Notes: a model not told the origin generated them from the sequence alone. 64,000 nucleotides of DNA from Bacilli bacterium (GCA_017398545.1 JAFQFT010000013.1:5572-69571); one strand, 5' to 3'. Counted from the stretch's first letter, positions 7,522 to 18,734 are shown. Numbers and translations are program-made.

Positions 7522-10500
7522 TTAACGCATACCTTCTATTAACATTAGAATTTCTTCACGTGTTATATATCCTTTACCTACGACAATTGATAAATATCGG
7601 CCATTTAATGCAATAAATTCTTCATATGAAACATAGTCTTGCCATTCTTCATATGTATATAATCCATATTGTGCTATATCTGATTCCATTTTCTCTTTAT
7701 CATATTTATAATCATCGCCAAATTCAAAATATGTTAAAAAGCCAGGAATATCTTCAATTGTTAATGTTAAAAAGCCTTCTACAATAACATTATCGTTGCA
7801 AGCACTTCTTAGAGAATAACACGAACTCCATTTGTATTCTGCAATTCCTGAAACCAATTCTACAGTTTCTATTGTTCCTTCTTCTCCTACCACAGCAAAA
7901 TGATGTCCTAAATATTCAACGTAATTTTCATGATTGATAAAAACATATTTATTAAGCGTGGCATCAAAGAAACCATGTTCAGTTACAACATTTAAAGACT
8001 TTCCATTAGAAAATTCAAGCGTAATTACGTTATATAAACCTTCTCCGTGATTCCAAAATAATGAAATAGGCATTGCTTCTATAGTTCCTGTAAATGCATT
8101 CCACGAAAGAACTAAATCACCAGGTTTCAAACTATCAAGTCTTGCATAAGATCCGTCATCAAGAGCAACAAGTGTATCACCAGTAAAACAGCCATTAGTA
8201 GACCAAGTAACAGTATAAGTTATAGTTTGTTTAGTTATATTATCAGTTATTTTTAACCAAGCATTTCCTGTTTTATCATCTTCCTCTTTATAAACTCTTA
8301 AAAACTCACCGTCATATGTCGCTTTTGCTCCTGAATCTGAACCACATTCATATTTATACGAACCAGAACCACCAGATACAGTTACCATTCTTTTTTCTAC
8401 TTCACTTATACTTGAGAAATCATCATCTTCGTAGTTAGTTGTACTATAACCTAAAGGGTTATACCAAGCACTATTAATCACTTGATCAAATTCAGTAACT
8501 TTTGCTACATAAATTTTACTTTCACTTAGTAATTGATCACCACAAGACCAACCTTTAAACGTATAATCATTATTTGGATCATTACTACTCTTATAAGTTG
8601 CTGAATATTCATAAGTTATTATGCAATCATTACAACTTATCGAATTTGCTTTAACAAGTTGAATTGTTGCATTTCCATAAACGCTTCCTGAATAGATAGT
8701 CATTTTACCAGAACCTATAAAATTAAGCTTAGATTCAGCTCCAGATAAATTTATAATATTACCACAGGTAACGGATGGAGAAATTGAACTTTCACCTAAA
8801 ACATTAATAGTTAAATTTATTCCATTAGTATTATATAAAGATATTGCTTCACTTTCATTAGTTATAAAATTAAAGTTATCAAACGTTAATGTAAGATTTT
8901 GTGAACTTGTATAACTACATAAATACATTCTAAAATTTATAAATGTTCTATCTTTATTACCGATAAATATGACTTCTTCTGAATACCCAGCTACTATATC
9001 TATATTGTTATACCTATTGTTTACTACACTTCTATTAGTGTGTTTTGTTAAATCTATTTCTGATTCATGACGCCAATCTATTATTGTTTTTTTATAAAGT
9101 GGATTCCAAGGAGTGCTATCAATAGTATTATATATCATATACGAATCAGTCTTAAGAGTGTTTTCAACAATTGTCCCAGTTGTGACATATTGACTAATTT
9201 CACGTGTGTTTATTTCCCAAATCGCATATAAAGTAATATTCTCTTTAGAAGTTAATCCAGATATATCATCAACATTTGTAAAACAAATTTCACTATCTGG
9301 GTTTAAAGACCAACCTTTAAAGTTCATTCCTTCAATGAAAAATGCATTATTAGTTAAAGTATATGACTTAAAATAATCACAATCTTGCATAGGAGAAATA
9401 TTTCCACCCTTTGAGCCTATATAATTAATTGTATAAGCAAAACTTGGATAGTTTGCTTCAAAATAGATATCATATAAACTTTTAACGTCAAATGAAATAT
9501 TTTCAATTACTTTTTCAAACTTTATATCAAAATACATAAATGAAACTTTAACCTCTGTTACACAACTTTTATTATTACAATTTAAATTAAAAAGTACTGT
9601 ATTATTTCCATTAGCATCAACTAAATTATGAACATCACCATATTCACTATTAATGCTAAATACTAGTGAAAAATCGTGTAAATTATATAAGCTATTTAAC
9701 GTTAAATATTCATCGTTTTCAGCTATCAATTTCCAAATTTCATCAATAGTATAAATTTTATTATTTTCAATGTAATCTAATTTAAAACTAATCTCATCAA
9801 TTTGATTCATTATTAATTGCATTGAATTATTTTTACTATCAATATCATTAGTAAATTTTGTATTCTCACTACAAATTATATCTATATTCTCACAAAAATC
9901 TATTATAAATTTCATATTATCATATGAATAAAAATTTTTAGAATTTTGTAAATATAGAGTCTTTTTCACTGTTGATGTGTTGAAACCTAATTCAGTTAAA
10001 AAGTTTTCGCTCAATAAAGAACCTTGTAAATTTACATTTTGTAACATTAGTTTATTTAATCCTATACAAAGAGAATCTTTTCGTAAATCCATATTTCTAA
10101 GATTCAAATTTTTTAAGCTATTTAATGAAGAAACATTTAAAGAACTTAAGTTAACTTTATCTAATTTTAACGTACTTAAATTGTTTAAACTACTTAATAC
10201 AATATTTTTTACTGTACTATTAATAACTTCTATACTATCAACATTCGAATTCTTGACTAAAATTGAATCAGTATCAATAGAGTTTAGTTTTATATTTTCT
10301 AGTTTATCACCTGAAGTATTACAATCAATAATAGATAAATCTTTAAAATTATATTTAGTGATTTCAAGCCAACCAATTGTACTATTTTCTAATTTTATGG
10401 TATTAAAATCATTAAAATTAATAAGTGACACATCTTTCAATGAAGTAGTTCCTTTAAAAGACATTGAAGTTATCAAATTATTAATATTTTCGTATAATTG

Positions 10501-13500
10501 ACTTTCAAATGCCCCTGTTCCAACTTTAAGTGTCGTTAAAGCTTTTGTTCCATCTAATGTTAATGTGTCCATAATCGGATAATTTACATATAATTCTTTC
10601 ATTGATTCAAGATTTTTGATAGCATCATTATTTTCTTTATTTAAAACGTTTAGTTTTACAATTCTTAATGAATTTTCACCACTAATATTAAGTTTATAAT
10701 TCAAAGCATTAACTGTTAAATTTACTAATTTCTTATTACTAGTTAAACTTGTATTTGATTCTCCATCTATAATTAAACTTTCAATTGAAGTGTTGCTTAA
10801 ACTTAAATTCTTAATTTGTGAATTAATAATTAATTTTTTGCAACCTAAAGTATTATTTAACACAAGCTCTTCCATATCATCTGAAATATTAAGTTCATTA
10901 AATAAAGTAATACCATCCAAAGTCATTTTCTTAATATTTTCTAATGAAATATCAACATTAATATTATTACCACTACCATATATTTTTAGTTCATCAATTG
11001 ATTCCACACCAAAAGTTGATAGATTTTCTAAGCACGATAAATTTTTAATTATTAAAGACTTTAGTGTTGTAGTGCCAACAAGATTAATTACACTTATACT
11101 CTTATTCCCACCTTCTTCAAGATATGCCTCAATTCTTACATTTTCTAAAGGATTGTTACATAATTGAATATCTTTTACTGTAGAAGGTAATGGTTTATAT
11201 ACTCCATTTTCATCATAATAAGAAATAAAATTATTAATATTATTATTATTTAATATTATTGTTTCTAATCCATTCATCTTTTGAACTAGCATTCCAATTA
11301 TTGCATCATATAATGAATATTTAGTATTAGTTTCTTCATCTAAAAATTTACTATTTACATCTAATGTAATACCAATATTTTCTAAATTCAATTTTTTAAT
11401 TATTGAAGCATTAACACTTAATTTGTCTATAAATTTGTATAAAATTTCTTCACTACTTATTGTACTTTGTTCTTTTTTATGAACCTCAAATTTTAGTTCA
11501 CTGATTTCACAATTATTTAAAGTAATAGGATTAAATAGAATTTCTTCATTTATTGTAATCGTAACTTTTATATTTCCATCATTTATAACATGCACATTTT
11601 CAAATGTTATAGTTGTAAGTTTTTCTAATGCTGGAATTTCTAAATCACTAAATTCGATATTTTTCAATATTAAAGTTTTTAAAGATTGTAATCCATTTAA
11701 TTTTAGTTCTCTTAAACCTCCATTTTCTCCTATAATTTCAACAGAGGCTAAGTATATTGAATCTGTAAGGTTAATAGTTTCAAGATTAAATAAATTAGTA
11801 TTGTTAAATTTAATTTCTGAAAATTTATTTCCACTAATATCTAACGTAGTAATACTTTTATTTAACTTTAAAATATTTTCTAAGAATTCGATGTGTTCTG
11901 ATTCATTATATAGATTATTTAAACCATTGAATGGTAGTGATAACGTTTTATTTATTTTAGTATTAGAATAATTAAAGTTTTCTTTAGTTTTAAATATAGT
12001 AGCAACAGGGTTATATTTATCATCAGTTTCAAGTTTTTCAATAATTAAATCATCAATATTACAATTTGTTAAATTAAATACTTTTAAGGCAGGACATGAA
12101 GATAAATTTAACTTACCTATCATACATTCATCAATTAATAAACTATTTGCATCATTATCAAATGAATTTTTAATTGTTAAATTATTAAAATCACATTTTT
12201 TAATACTTATATTATTAATTAATACATTATCAATACTTAATAAATTATTTAAGAATGAAGTATTTATTATTTCAAGATTTTTAATATTAGGAAAATTATT
12301 TAAATCAAGTGAAACATTAACTGCATTTTTCAATAATAATGTATTAACATTTGAATACTTAGAACCAAGTATCGATTTAATTGCATTACTACTAACATTA
12401 TTTTCATTAAGAAGTTCAATTTTAATTGTTTCTAATAAATCGCAATTGTCTAAGATCATTTCTTGTAAATTTAAATATTTGTCAGTAAAAATAAATTCAA
12501 CAATAGTATTTCCAGTTAAATCAATAGTCTTTTCAATATTAAATTTGTCTAATACTTTTGTCTCAGAAATATCACAGTTTTTTAATGTTAGATAATCTAC
12601 ATCAATATTATTAATTCTATCATACCAAGAGTTTTGATTAATACCATTAAAACTTAAAGTCATAACTTTGCTTGGAAAAACAAAACTATTTAAATCTATC
12701 GATTTTAATGTTGATGAAGAAATTGATAACTCTTTAAACTCTTCTTTTTGACTATAATCTCCAATTATAGTATCAATATTAGTATCATTTAAAGAAAGCT
12801 TATTTAATTTTTCAAATGAACTTAAATCTAAAATATTATCTACAAATGTAGTATTTGAAGCTTGAAGCGATTTTAATGTAGGTCTTGCATTTGATTCATC
12901 ATTCATAAGATCAAAATTTGTTAAATCATTAATAATTAATTCATTAATTCTAAATATATCTGTTGATAATTTTGTAACATCAGTACCTGAAATATTTAAA
13001 CTGTTAATATTAATGATTTGAAAACTATATTCTATATCATTAATCATTCCTTTAAATTCACTATTAATAATTTCATCACTTAAATTTGTGTTGGTAAAGT
13101 TAAATCTTTCAGTTGAAGTTCCATTGTAATATATTTTTAGAGATTGAAAATCAACACCTACTGCATTTATATCAATATTACTTCCTCTAATTAGTTCAAA
13201 TATTTTTGTATGATTTGTAACATTGATTATACAATTTCCTACATCATATATTACAAGAGAATTACTTGGAATAATAACTTCAGTTTGATTTTTATCATTA
13301 TAAAATGCTCTACTTGAACTATTATCGAAATTCACAGAATTTATAATCGAACTGCTATATACTCCACCATCAATTATAATGTTACTAGAATCAATATCCA
13401 AATAACTTAAATTAAATTTACTATTTTCAGCATTATCAAATACTGAAATATTTAAGTCAAGATTCCCTACGTTAATATTCTCTCTATATGAAGAAGTTAT

Positions 13501-15594
13501 ATTGAATGTAACATTGTTATAAATATTTAAATTAACATTTTGTAAACGATTAACTGAAATATCTACATTTGCAATTTCAGAATTTGAAATATTAATACCC
13601 AACCCATCAGATTGTCCTAAAAAGTTATTGTCAATATAAATACCATTTGGTAAATCTTTAACATCTTTAAAAATAGAATTTTTAACAACTTTAAAATTAT
13701 CAGCAACTATATTTTTCAATTCAATATTATTCCCTGAATCTAATGATGAACAATTTGTAATTATTGCTTTTCCTATTTCTAATCCTTCTAAACTAATATG
13801 TTGTAAAGATTCACATTTATCTATATTTAACGTTGGTAAAAATACAATTGTTTCTTGAACATTCTTTATAGATAATCCAGTTAAATTTGCAACATTTATA
13901 ATTTCTAAGCTTTCTAGTTGACCAATTTCATCAAAAATAATTTCATTATTTCCATCAATAGTTAATTCCTCTAATATTATGTTATTTGCATAAGAAGCAC
14001 TCGCAGAAATTACCTTGTTATTCGTATTACTTAATTCAGCTTTTTTAATTTTTAATTCTTTAATAGTTGTACTAGCATCATTAGGTCTAGTTAAAATACC
14101 ATTAAATAGAGAAACAACAGCTTCATTATCTGATAATTTAGAACGAATATTTTCTATAGTAATAGACTCGTAAGATTTATTAGCTAAACGTATTGTATCA
14201 AAATCATTTAATAACATATCGCCTTTTAAAGTAATATGCTCTAACAAGCTTAGATTTTCAAGATTTAATTCACTTCCTCTAAAACTAGTAATTGAAAGTT
14301 TTTTTAGTTTTGTTAAATCATCACTAAATTGATTATTTTCATCAAGGTAACTTTTACTATTTACATTGTCAAATTCAATTTCTTCAATTAAAGACTCATT
14401 ATCTGATGTAATTTTTAAAGACTCTAGATAGCTTAAATTTCTACATATTAGTTTAGTAAAACTATTATTATTTAAGGTAATTGTTTTAATAGAATTAAAC
14501 TCATTACCTACATTAATAGCATCATTAATTTCTAAGCATTCCACTTTTTTAATGTTTGAAAGTATAAGAGTTTTTAATCCTTCTAAGTTTTCTATATTAA
14601 TTTTATTTTCACTATTATTAGTAAAACTAATATTATTTAAATTTAATACAGAAAGATTAGCAGAAGCATTATTTATGAATGATGAAAATTCTTTAGCTGA
14701 TTTAAAGTTTCCACTTAAAAATAGTTCTTCTAACCCCTTCATGTTATTAAGATTTAATTCTTGAATTAAACTATTACCATTAGTAGCATTTATAGTTAAT
14801 TTTTTTAAGTTAGGAAGATAATTAAAGTCTGTATAACTATTAAATGTTTCCTTTTGAAGATTTAATTCCTTAATACTTGCTAAATCATTTCTGTATAACT
14901 GACCATCACTTAATTTTTTTCTTATTTCTGCTTCTATTTCAGAATCATTACACTTAACTGTAAATGCTTGGTTTTCAAGGAAAACATCAGCGTTTTGAGT
15001 TGACTTAATCGTGATATTTCCCTTACCAATACCAGTAGTTAAATATAACCCTTTATTTTCACCATCATTTATTAGTTCAAAACATTTAAAATCAGAAATT
15101 AATTCAAAATCATCAGTTTCTGACCACTGATCAGGTTCAGCATCAATTTCAAATTTATAAAATTGACCTAATTTTAGATTTTGTAAATCTTCAGGATTAG
15201 TAATTTTATTAATACTAATAATTCCAGTAGAAACTTTAAATTCAATAGTTATACTTTTTTTAGAATTATTAAAAGTACCTTCCTTTAATTGAATAATTGC
15301 TTTTGACGTTCCCTTACCAATAGCTGTAAAATAACCTGAATCATATTTAATACATGTGTCATTTTCTAACTTTACAATTACACTTTCTTCAATAATTTGT
15401 TGAGTATCTTTATTATTAAAAAATTTAACAGACTTTACATTAATTAAACTTTCTAAAGAAACACTATTACCTACATATAAAGTTTGTGTTTCTGTTATCG
15501 GTTCTATTGTGGTTGAACTTAAACCAAAGTATAATCCACAAAGGCCTCCTATTAAGAGCGCAAATACTATTAACGCAATTATTAATTTACGCAT
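7522..15594 (-). CDS. Giant (2690 aa) surface protein: N-terminal anchor/signal, Big_2-like domains, long leucine-rich-repeat arrays, Listeria-Bacteroides-type repeats and a C-terminal Hint domain
   Basis: The N-terminus MRKLIIALIVFALLIGGLCGLYFG is hydrophobic. There are many LxxLxLxxN LRR units (e.g. LPNLKKLTINA, LEELFLSGN, LKTLILSNI). FKGWSLNP...ITLYAIWE is a Flg_new-like repeat. The C-terminus has CFTGDTLV...VVTEHGFF. Confidence 0.85.
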   Translation of the reverse strand: MRKLIIALIVFALLIGGLCGLYFGLSSTTIEPITETQTLYVGNSVSLESLINVKSVKFFNNKDTQQIIEESVIVKLENDTCIKYDSGYFTAIGKGTSKAIIQLKEGTFNNSKKSITIEFKVSTGIISINKITNPEDLQNLKLGQFYKFEIDAEPDQWSETDDFELISDFKCFELINDGENKGLYLTTGIGKGNITIKSTQNADVFLENQAFTVKCNDSEIEAEIRKKLSDGQLYRNDLASIKELNLQKETFNSYTDFNYLPNLKKLTINATNGNSLIQELNLNNMKGLEELFLSGNFKSAKEFSSFINNASANLSVLNLNNISFTNNSENKINIENLEGLKTLILSNIKKVECLEINDAINVGNEFNSIKTITLNNNSFTKLICRNLSYLESLKITSDNESLIEEIEFDNVNSKSYLDENNQFSDDLTKLKKLSITSFRGSELNLENLSLLEHITLKGDMLLNDFDTIRLANKSYESITIENIRSKLSDNEAVVSLFNGILTRPNDASTTIKELKIKKAELSNTNNKVISASASYANNIILEELTIDGNNEIIFDEIGQLESLEIINVANLTGLSIKNVQETIVFLPTLNIDKCESLQHISLEGLEIGKAIITNCSSLDSGNNIELKNIVADNFKVVKNSIFKDVKDLPNGIYIDNNFLGQSDGLGINISNSEIANVDISVNRLQNVNLNIYNNVTFNITSSYRENINVGNLDLNISVFDNAENSKFNLSYLDIDSSNIIIDGGVYSSSIINSVNFDNSSSRAFYNDKNQTEVIIPSNSLVIYDVGNCIINVTNHTKIFELIRGSNIDINAVGVDFQSLKIYYNGTSTERFNFTNTNLSDEIINSEFKGMINDIEYSFQIININSLNISGTDVTKLSTDIFRINELIINDLTNFDLMNDESNARPTLKSLQASNTTFVDNILDLSSFEKLNKLSLNDTNIDTIIGDYSQKEEFKELSISSSTLKSIDLNSFVFPSKVMTLSFNGINQNSWYDRINNIDVDYLTLKNCDISETKVLDKFNIEKTIDLTGNTIVEFIFTDKYLNLQEMILDNCDLLETIKIELLNENNVSSNAIKSILGSKYSNVNTLLLKNAVNVSLDLNNFPNIKNLEIINTSFLNNLLSIDNVLINNISIKKCDFNNLTIKNSFDNDANSLLIDECMIGKLNLSSCPALKVFNLTNCNIDDLIIEKLETDDKYNPVATIFKTKENFNYSNTKINKTLSLPFNGLNNLYNESEHIEFLENILKLNKSITTLDISGNKFSEIKFNNTNLFNLETINLTDSIYLASVEIIGENGGLRELKLNGLQSLKTLILKNIEFSDLEIPALEKLTTITFENVHVINDGNIKVTITINEEILFNPITLNNCEISELKFEVHKKEQSTISSEEILYKFIDKLSVNASIIKKLNLENIGITLDVNSKFLDEETNTKYSLYDAIIGMLVQKMNGLETIILNNNNINNFISYYDENGVYKPLPSTVKDIQLCNNPLENVRIEAYLEEGGNKSISVINLVGTTTLKSLIIKNLSCLENLSTFGVESIDELKIYGSGNNINVDISLENIKKMTLDGITLFNELNISDDMEELVLNNTLGCKKLIINSQIKNLSLSNTSIESLIIDGESNTSLTSNKKLVNLTVNALNYKLNISGENSLRIVKLNVLNKENNDAIKNLESMKELYVNYPIMDTLTLDGTKALTTLKVGTGAFESQLYENINNLITSMSFKGTTSLKDVSLINFNDFNTIKLENSTIGWLEITKYNFKDLSIIDCNTSGDKLENIKLNSIDTDSILVKNSNVDSIEVINSTVKNIVLSSLNNLSTLKLDKVNLSSLNVSSLNSLKNLNLRNMDLRKDSLCIGLNKLMLQNVNLQGSLLSENFLTELGFNTSTVKKTLYLQNSKNFYSYDNMKFIIDFCENIDIICSENTKFTNDIDSKNNSMQLIMNQIDEISFKLDYIENNKIYTIDEIWKLIAENDEYLTLNSLYNLHDFSLVFSINSEYGDVHNLVDANGNNTVLFNLNCNNKSCVTEVKVSFMYFDIKFEKVIENISFDVKSLYDIYFEANYPSFAYTINYIGSKGGNISPMQDCDYFKSYTLTNNAFFIEGMNFKGWSLNPDSEICFTNVDDISGLTSKENITLYAIWEINTREISQYVTTGTIVENTLKTDSYMIYNTIDSTPWNPLYKKTIIDWRHESEIDLTKHTNRSVVNNRYNNIDIVAGYSEEVIFIGNKDRTFINFRMYLCSYTSSQNLTLTFDNFNFITNESEAISLYNTNGINLTINVLGESSISPSVTCGNIINLSGAESKLNFIGSGKMTIYSGSVYGNATIQLVKANSISCNDCIITYEYSATYKSSNDPNNDYTFKGWSCGDQLLSESKIYVAKVTEFDQVINSAWYNPLGYSTTNYEDDDFSSISEVEKRMVTVSGGSGSYKYECGSDSGAKATYDGEFLRVYKEEDDKTGNAWLKITDNITKQTITYTVTWSTNGCFTGDTLVALDDGSYARLDSLKPGDLVLSWNAFTGTIEAMPISLFWNHGEGLYNVITLEFSNGKSLNVVTEHGFFDATLNKYVFINHENYVEYLGHHFAVVGEEGTIETVELVSGIAEYKWSSCYSLRSACNDNVIVEGFLTLTIEDIPGFLTYFEFGDDYKYDKEKMESDIAQYGLYTYEEWQDYVSYEEFIALNGRYLSIVVGKGYITREEILMLIEGMR
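7768..8190 (-). other. Hint (Hedgehog/intein-like) autoprocessing domain within the 2690-aa protein
   Basis: Block A is NG-CFTGDTLVALDDG, with the Cys codon TGT at 8190-8188. Block B is the TxxH motif LNVVTEHGFFD. A C-terminal block SACNDNVIVEGFL is followed by an 81-aa acidic tail (7525-7767). Confidence 0.7.
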
Positions 15595-15608
15595 AATTGA
15601 TACCTACT

Positions 15609-18600
15609 TTATTTATCCCATGAGTATTCAACTGGATTTACTGCAGAAATAATACTTGATCCATTTCCTAATGCTCTCAATTTAAGTCTAAATCCAATGG
15701 CATTTTCAGGCATGTCTGCGATTACATATGTAGTACTTGTATGTCTTTCGACAAATAAAGTTTGAGTAGTACCATCACTTAAAATAAATTCAAATTCTAA
15801 TTCATAAGCAACTGCTTTTGCTACTGATGAATATCTTAAAATATATGTATTGTTAGAAATACTTACGTCAAAATCATTAATTGAAGGATTAGATAATAGA
15901 GTAACATCTTTTGCAGTTGATGGAACTGAATCTAACATATATTTATTGATAGAATCATTAAATAATCCACCATGTGCAACTACTGTAATAGAAGTTGTAA
16001 TTCCAGCATTTAATTTAATTGTAGCTGTATATTCAGATGTTGAAACTCTTTCAACTCCTCCAATAAATTCAAATATAGTATCTTCATGATATTTATTTAG
16101 AACTTTAATAGTTACTAAATCACCATTTACTGATTCAATTGCGATTTCTGGCTTTTCTTGTGGAGTAACAGTAATTAATTGTTCATATGGTGTAGAATTA
16201 ATAGTATTAACTCCTAAATCACCTAAAGCAATTACTTTTAATACTGCATCTTGAGTCACATTTAACGTACATTCAGGCTCTATACCAGAATAAACTAATT
16301 CACTGTTTAAATATACAGCATATTTAGTCGCACCGATAACGCCTTCCCATGAAATAACATTTTTATCTTTAATAACTACATTAGGAGTTGATAATTTTTG
16401 TATATTCAAAGGATCACTTATTTCACCAGCAAAATAAGTTTTTTCATTACCAATCGCTTGAACCGTAACAGCATAACTCTTTGTAGGATCAACAAAATGA
16501 GACACTAAATTATTTACATCATATGAAGTACCTGTAACAGTTTCAATTGTAGAAGTTCCAACTTTAATACGATAAGAAACTCTTACACCTTCTCCAGCTT
16601 GAACAGGATTCCATACTAATTTGCTACTTGCTAAGGATGTACTATCTTCAACAATAGAAAGTCCATTTACTTTTTTCAATCTAATTACAACATCAGTACT
16701 ACTCATTCCTGAATCAACTTTTGTAGAATTATTTCCTAATGCTCTTACATATATTGCTGTTCCATTTGTTGAAATATATTGATCTTCTATTGTAAATGAA
16801 TTTGTTACAACTTGTGTTGTGTATTCACCAACTTTAATATCATATTTTTCAGCACCATAAACTTCATCCCACTTTAATACGCCATTAACTATTTCTAAAC
16901 CTGTTGGAGTAGCTAATTTATCAAATGTTAACACTTTAGATTTATTTGAAGAAATATATGAGGAACCGTTTCCTAATGCTCTTACAGTCACATCATGTTC
17001 TCCTGAACTTAAACCTTCAGGAAGTTCAAAGATATTAGTTGTAGGATAGTATACTTTTCCATTAATATCTACTATATATCCAGTTGAATGAGGAATTACA
17101 TCCCATTTAATTGTTGAATTTTCAATTGATAGTTCTGTAGGTGTTGCAACTTTTGTAATTGTAAATTCGTATCCTGCTAACGAATCTAAAATTACCTTAT
17201 CAGTTGAATAACTTTGTCCATCACCAACAGCAAAAATTTCTACTTTTATAGTTGACTCAGCAGTAAGGTCTGTATAATACTTAGAATCTTTAAAATAGAA
17301 TGGTGAACCAGCAACTTCTTTACTTTCAGTTCCATTAATTCTTACTCGATAATTTTTTGCATATAACACTGTATCAAAATTAATAAATGTTTCATTAATT
17401 TGTGTGTTAATATCGAATACTTTTCCAGTTGAAGGTTTTTCTAATCTAATAATTTCAATTTCATTAGAGTATTTTGAACCAAAATAACCTTTTTCCTCAT
17501 CTGCTAAAGTAGCTACTTTAACCTTATAAATTCCGCTTTGTGCAAATTCATTAAAGTATGAAACATTTTGATTACTTAAATTAGGTACATTAATATCTTC
17601 TCCATTAAGAGATAAACTTACTTTATACCCACTAGCATTTGAAATTCCATCCCATTTAATAACACCATCTTCATATTTAATTTGAGGTGCAACACAAATA
17701 GAAATAAACACAGGTTCTGACCATTCTGAATAATATGTAGCCTTATCAGAAACTTGAAGAATACTAATAGAATACGACTCACCAGGCACGATATTTGTAT
17801 ATTGAGGTTTATCTAAAATAGTACTTTGTAAATCATTATCAATCTTAATTTTATAACCAGTTGCTTTTTCAGAACCATTCCAAACCAATACACCGTCAAC
17901 CATAGTTAAATTTTCAACTTGCGGTAAGAAAACAAATTCTTTTGATTCAGAATTATCTGAATCAAAAACATAATTTAGATGATCACCAACAGCTTTTACT
18001 GAAACAGTAAAATCTTTCTTACCTGGTTCATATTGATATGAATTATTTACTACAGTTGTTTTTTCAACACCATTAATAGTAACTTCATATTTATATGCAT
18101 TCTTTACTAAATCCCAAGTTATAATTTTATTTTCAGCATCAAACTTAATATTAGTAGGTACATCTAATAATTCAAATTGTAAAGGTGCAGTCCAAACTGA
18201 ATAAGCACGTGAATTATCTACGTTAATTGCTCTAATTTCAATAGTATTTTTTCCAATATTAAATCCACTATATTCTCTAACACTATAAGTATCTGGCAAT
18301 TCAGTACCATTTACTCTTAACTTATATGCATTTGCACCAGGTACTTCATCCCATGTAACAACACCATCTTCAATTTTAATATTAGTTACGGAACCTAAAT
18401 CTGTAAAGCTAACAGTTACTGCTTCAGAATATATTTTTTCCCCTTTAGCATTATACTTATATGCCTTAATGGAAAAAGAAAAATTTCCACCATTTTTATA
18501 TGTATATGATACAGCATGAGTATCTTTATAAACATCACCATTTATAGATACTTCATAACCTTCTGCATTTTTTACATCATCCCATTTAATCGATTCACCA

Positions 18601-18734
18601 GTATATACTATTGAATTTTCATCTACTTCTTTTATTTTATTTCTTGAACAGCCACTAACAAAACATAAAGCCATTCCTAAAACAAAAAATACTCCAATAA
18701 ATTTAAATATATTATTAATGTTTGTTTTTTTCAT
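15609..18734 (-). CDS. Lipoprotein (1041 aa) built from ~10 FN3/Ig-like repeats
   Basis: Signal peptide plus lipobox (LCFVSGC|SR). A recurring signature appears, (I/V)xW(D/N)xVxxAxxYx(V/I)xxNG, e.g. IKWDDVKNAEGYEVSING, VTWDEVPGANAYKLRVNG, ITWDLVKNAYKYEVTING. Confidence 0.75.
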   Translation of the reverse strand: MKKTNINNIFKFIGVFFVLGMALCFVSGCSRNKIKEVDENSIVYTGESIKWDDVKNAEGYEVSINGDVYKDTHAVSYTYKNGGNFSFSIKAYKYNAKGEKIYSEAVTVSFTDLGSVTNIKIEDGVVTWDEVPGANAYKLRVNGTELPDTYSVREYSGFNIGKNTIEIRAINVDNSRAYSVWTAPLQFELLDVPTNIKFDAENKIITWDLVKNAYKYEVTINGVEKTTVVNNSYQYEPGKKDFTVSVKAVGDHLNYVFDSDNSESKEFVFLPQVENLTMVDGVLVWNGSEKATGYKIKIDNDLQSTILDKPQYTNIVPGESYSISILQVSDKATYYSEWSEPVFISICVAPQIKYEDGVIKWDGISNASGYKVSLSLNGEDINVPNLSNQNVSYFNEFAQSGIYKVKVATLADEEKGYFGSKYSNEIEIIRLEKPSTGKVFDINTQINETFINFDTVLYAKNYRVRINGTESKEVAGSPFYFKDSKYYTDLTAESTIKVEIFAVGDGQSYSTDKVILDSLAGYEFTITKVATPTELSIENSTIKWDVIPHSTGYIVDINGKVYYPTTNIFELPEGLSSGEHDVTVRALGNGSSYISSNKSKVLTFDKLATPTGLEIVNGVLKWDEVYGAEKYDIKVGEYTTQVVTNSFTIEDQYISTNGTAIYVRALGNNSTKVDSGMSSTDVVIRLKKVNGLSIVEDSTSLASSKLVWNPVQAGEGVRVSYRIKVGTSTIETVTGTSYDVNNLVSHFVDPTKSYAVTVQAIGNEKTYFAGEISDPLNIQKLSTPNVVIKDKNVISWEGVIGATKYAVYLNSELVYSGIEPECTLNVTQDAVLKVIALGDLGVNTINSTPYEQLITVTPQEKPEIAIESVNGDLVTIKVLNKYHEDTIFEFIGGVERVSTSEYTATIKLNAGITTSITVVAHGGLFNDSINKYMLDSVPSTAKDVTLLSNPSINDFDVSISNNTYILRYSSVAKAVAYELEFEFILSDGTTQTLFVERHTSTTYVIADMPENAIGFRLKLRALGNGSSIISAVNPVEYSWDK

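Noticed and set aside
7768-8190. Hint domain as a true protein-splicing intein.
   Set aside because: It lies at the extreme C-terminal end of a surface repeat protein rather than inside a conserved host enzyme. It has no homing-endonuclease insert and the C-terminal block lacks a clear HN plus nucleophile junction. A BIL/Hedgehog-type cleavage domain is more plausible.
6598-8190. Polymorphic toxin-immunity pair (Hint domain, C-terminal toxin, downstream immunity gene).
   Set aside because: The 81-aa acidic tail shows no nuclease, deaminase or pore-forming motif that I can recognise. The downstream gene is a 305-aa polytopic acyltransferase, not a small immunity-like protein. I keep this only as a caveat under the Hint finding.
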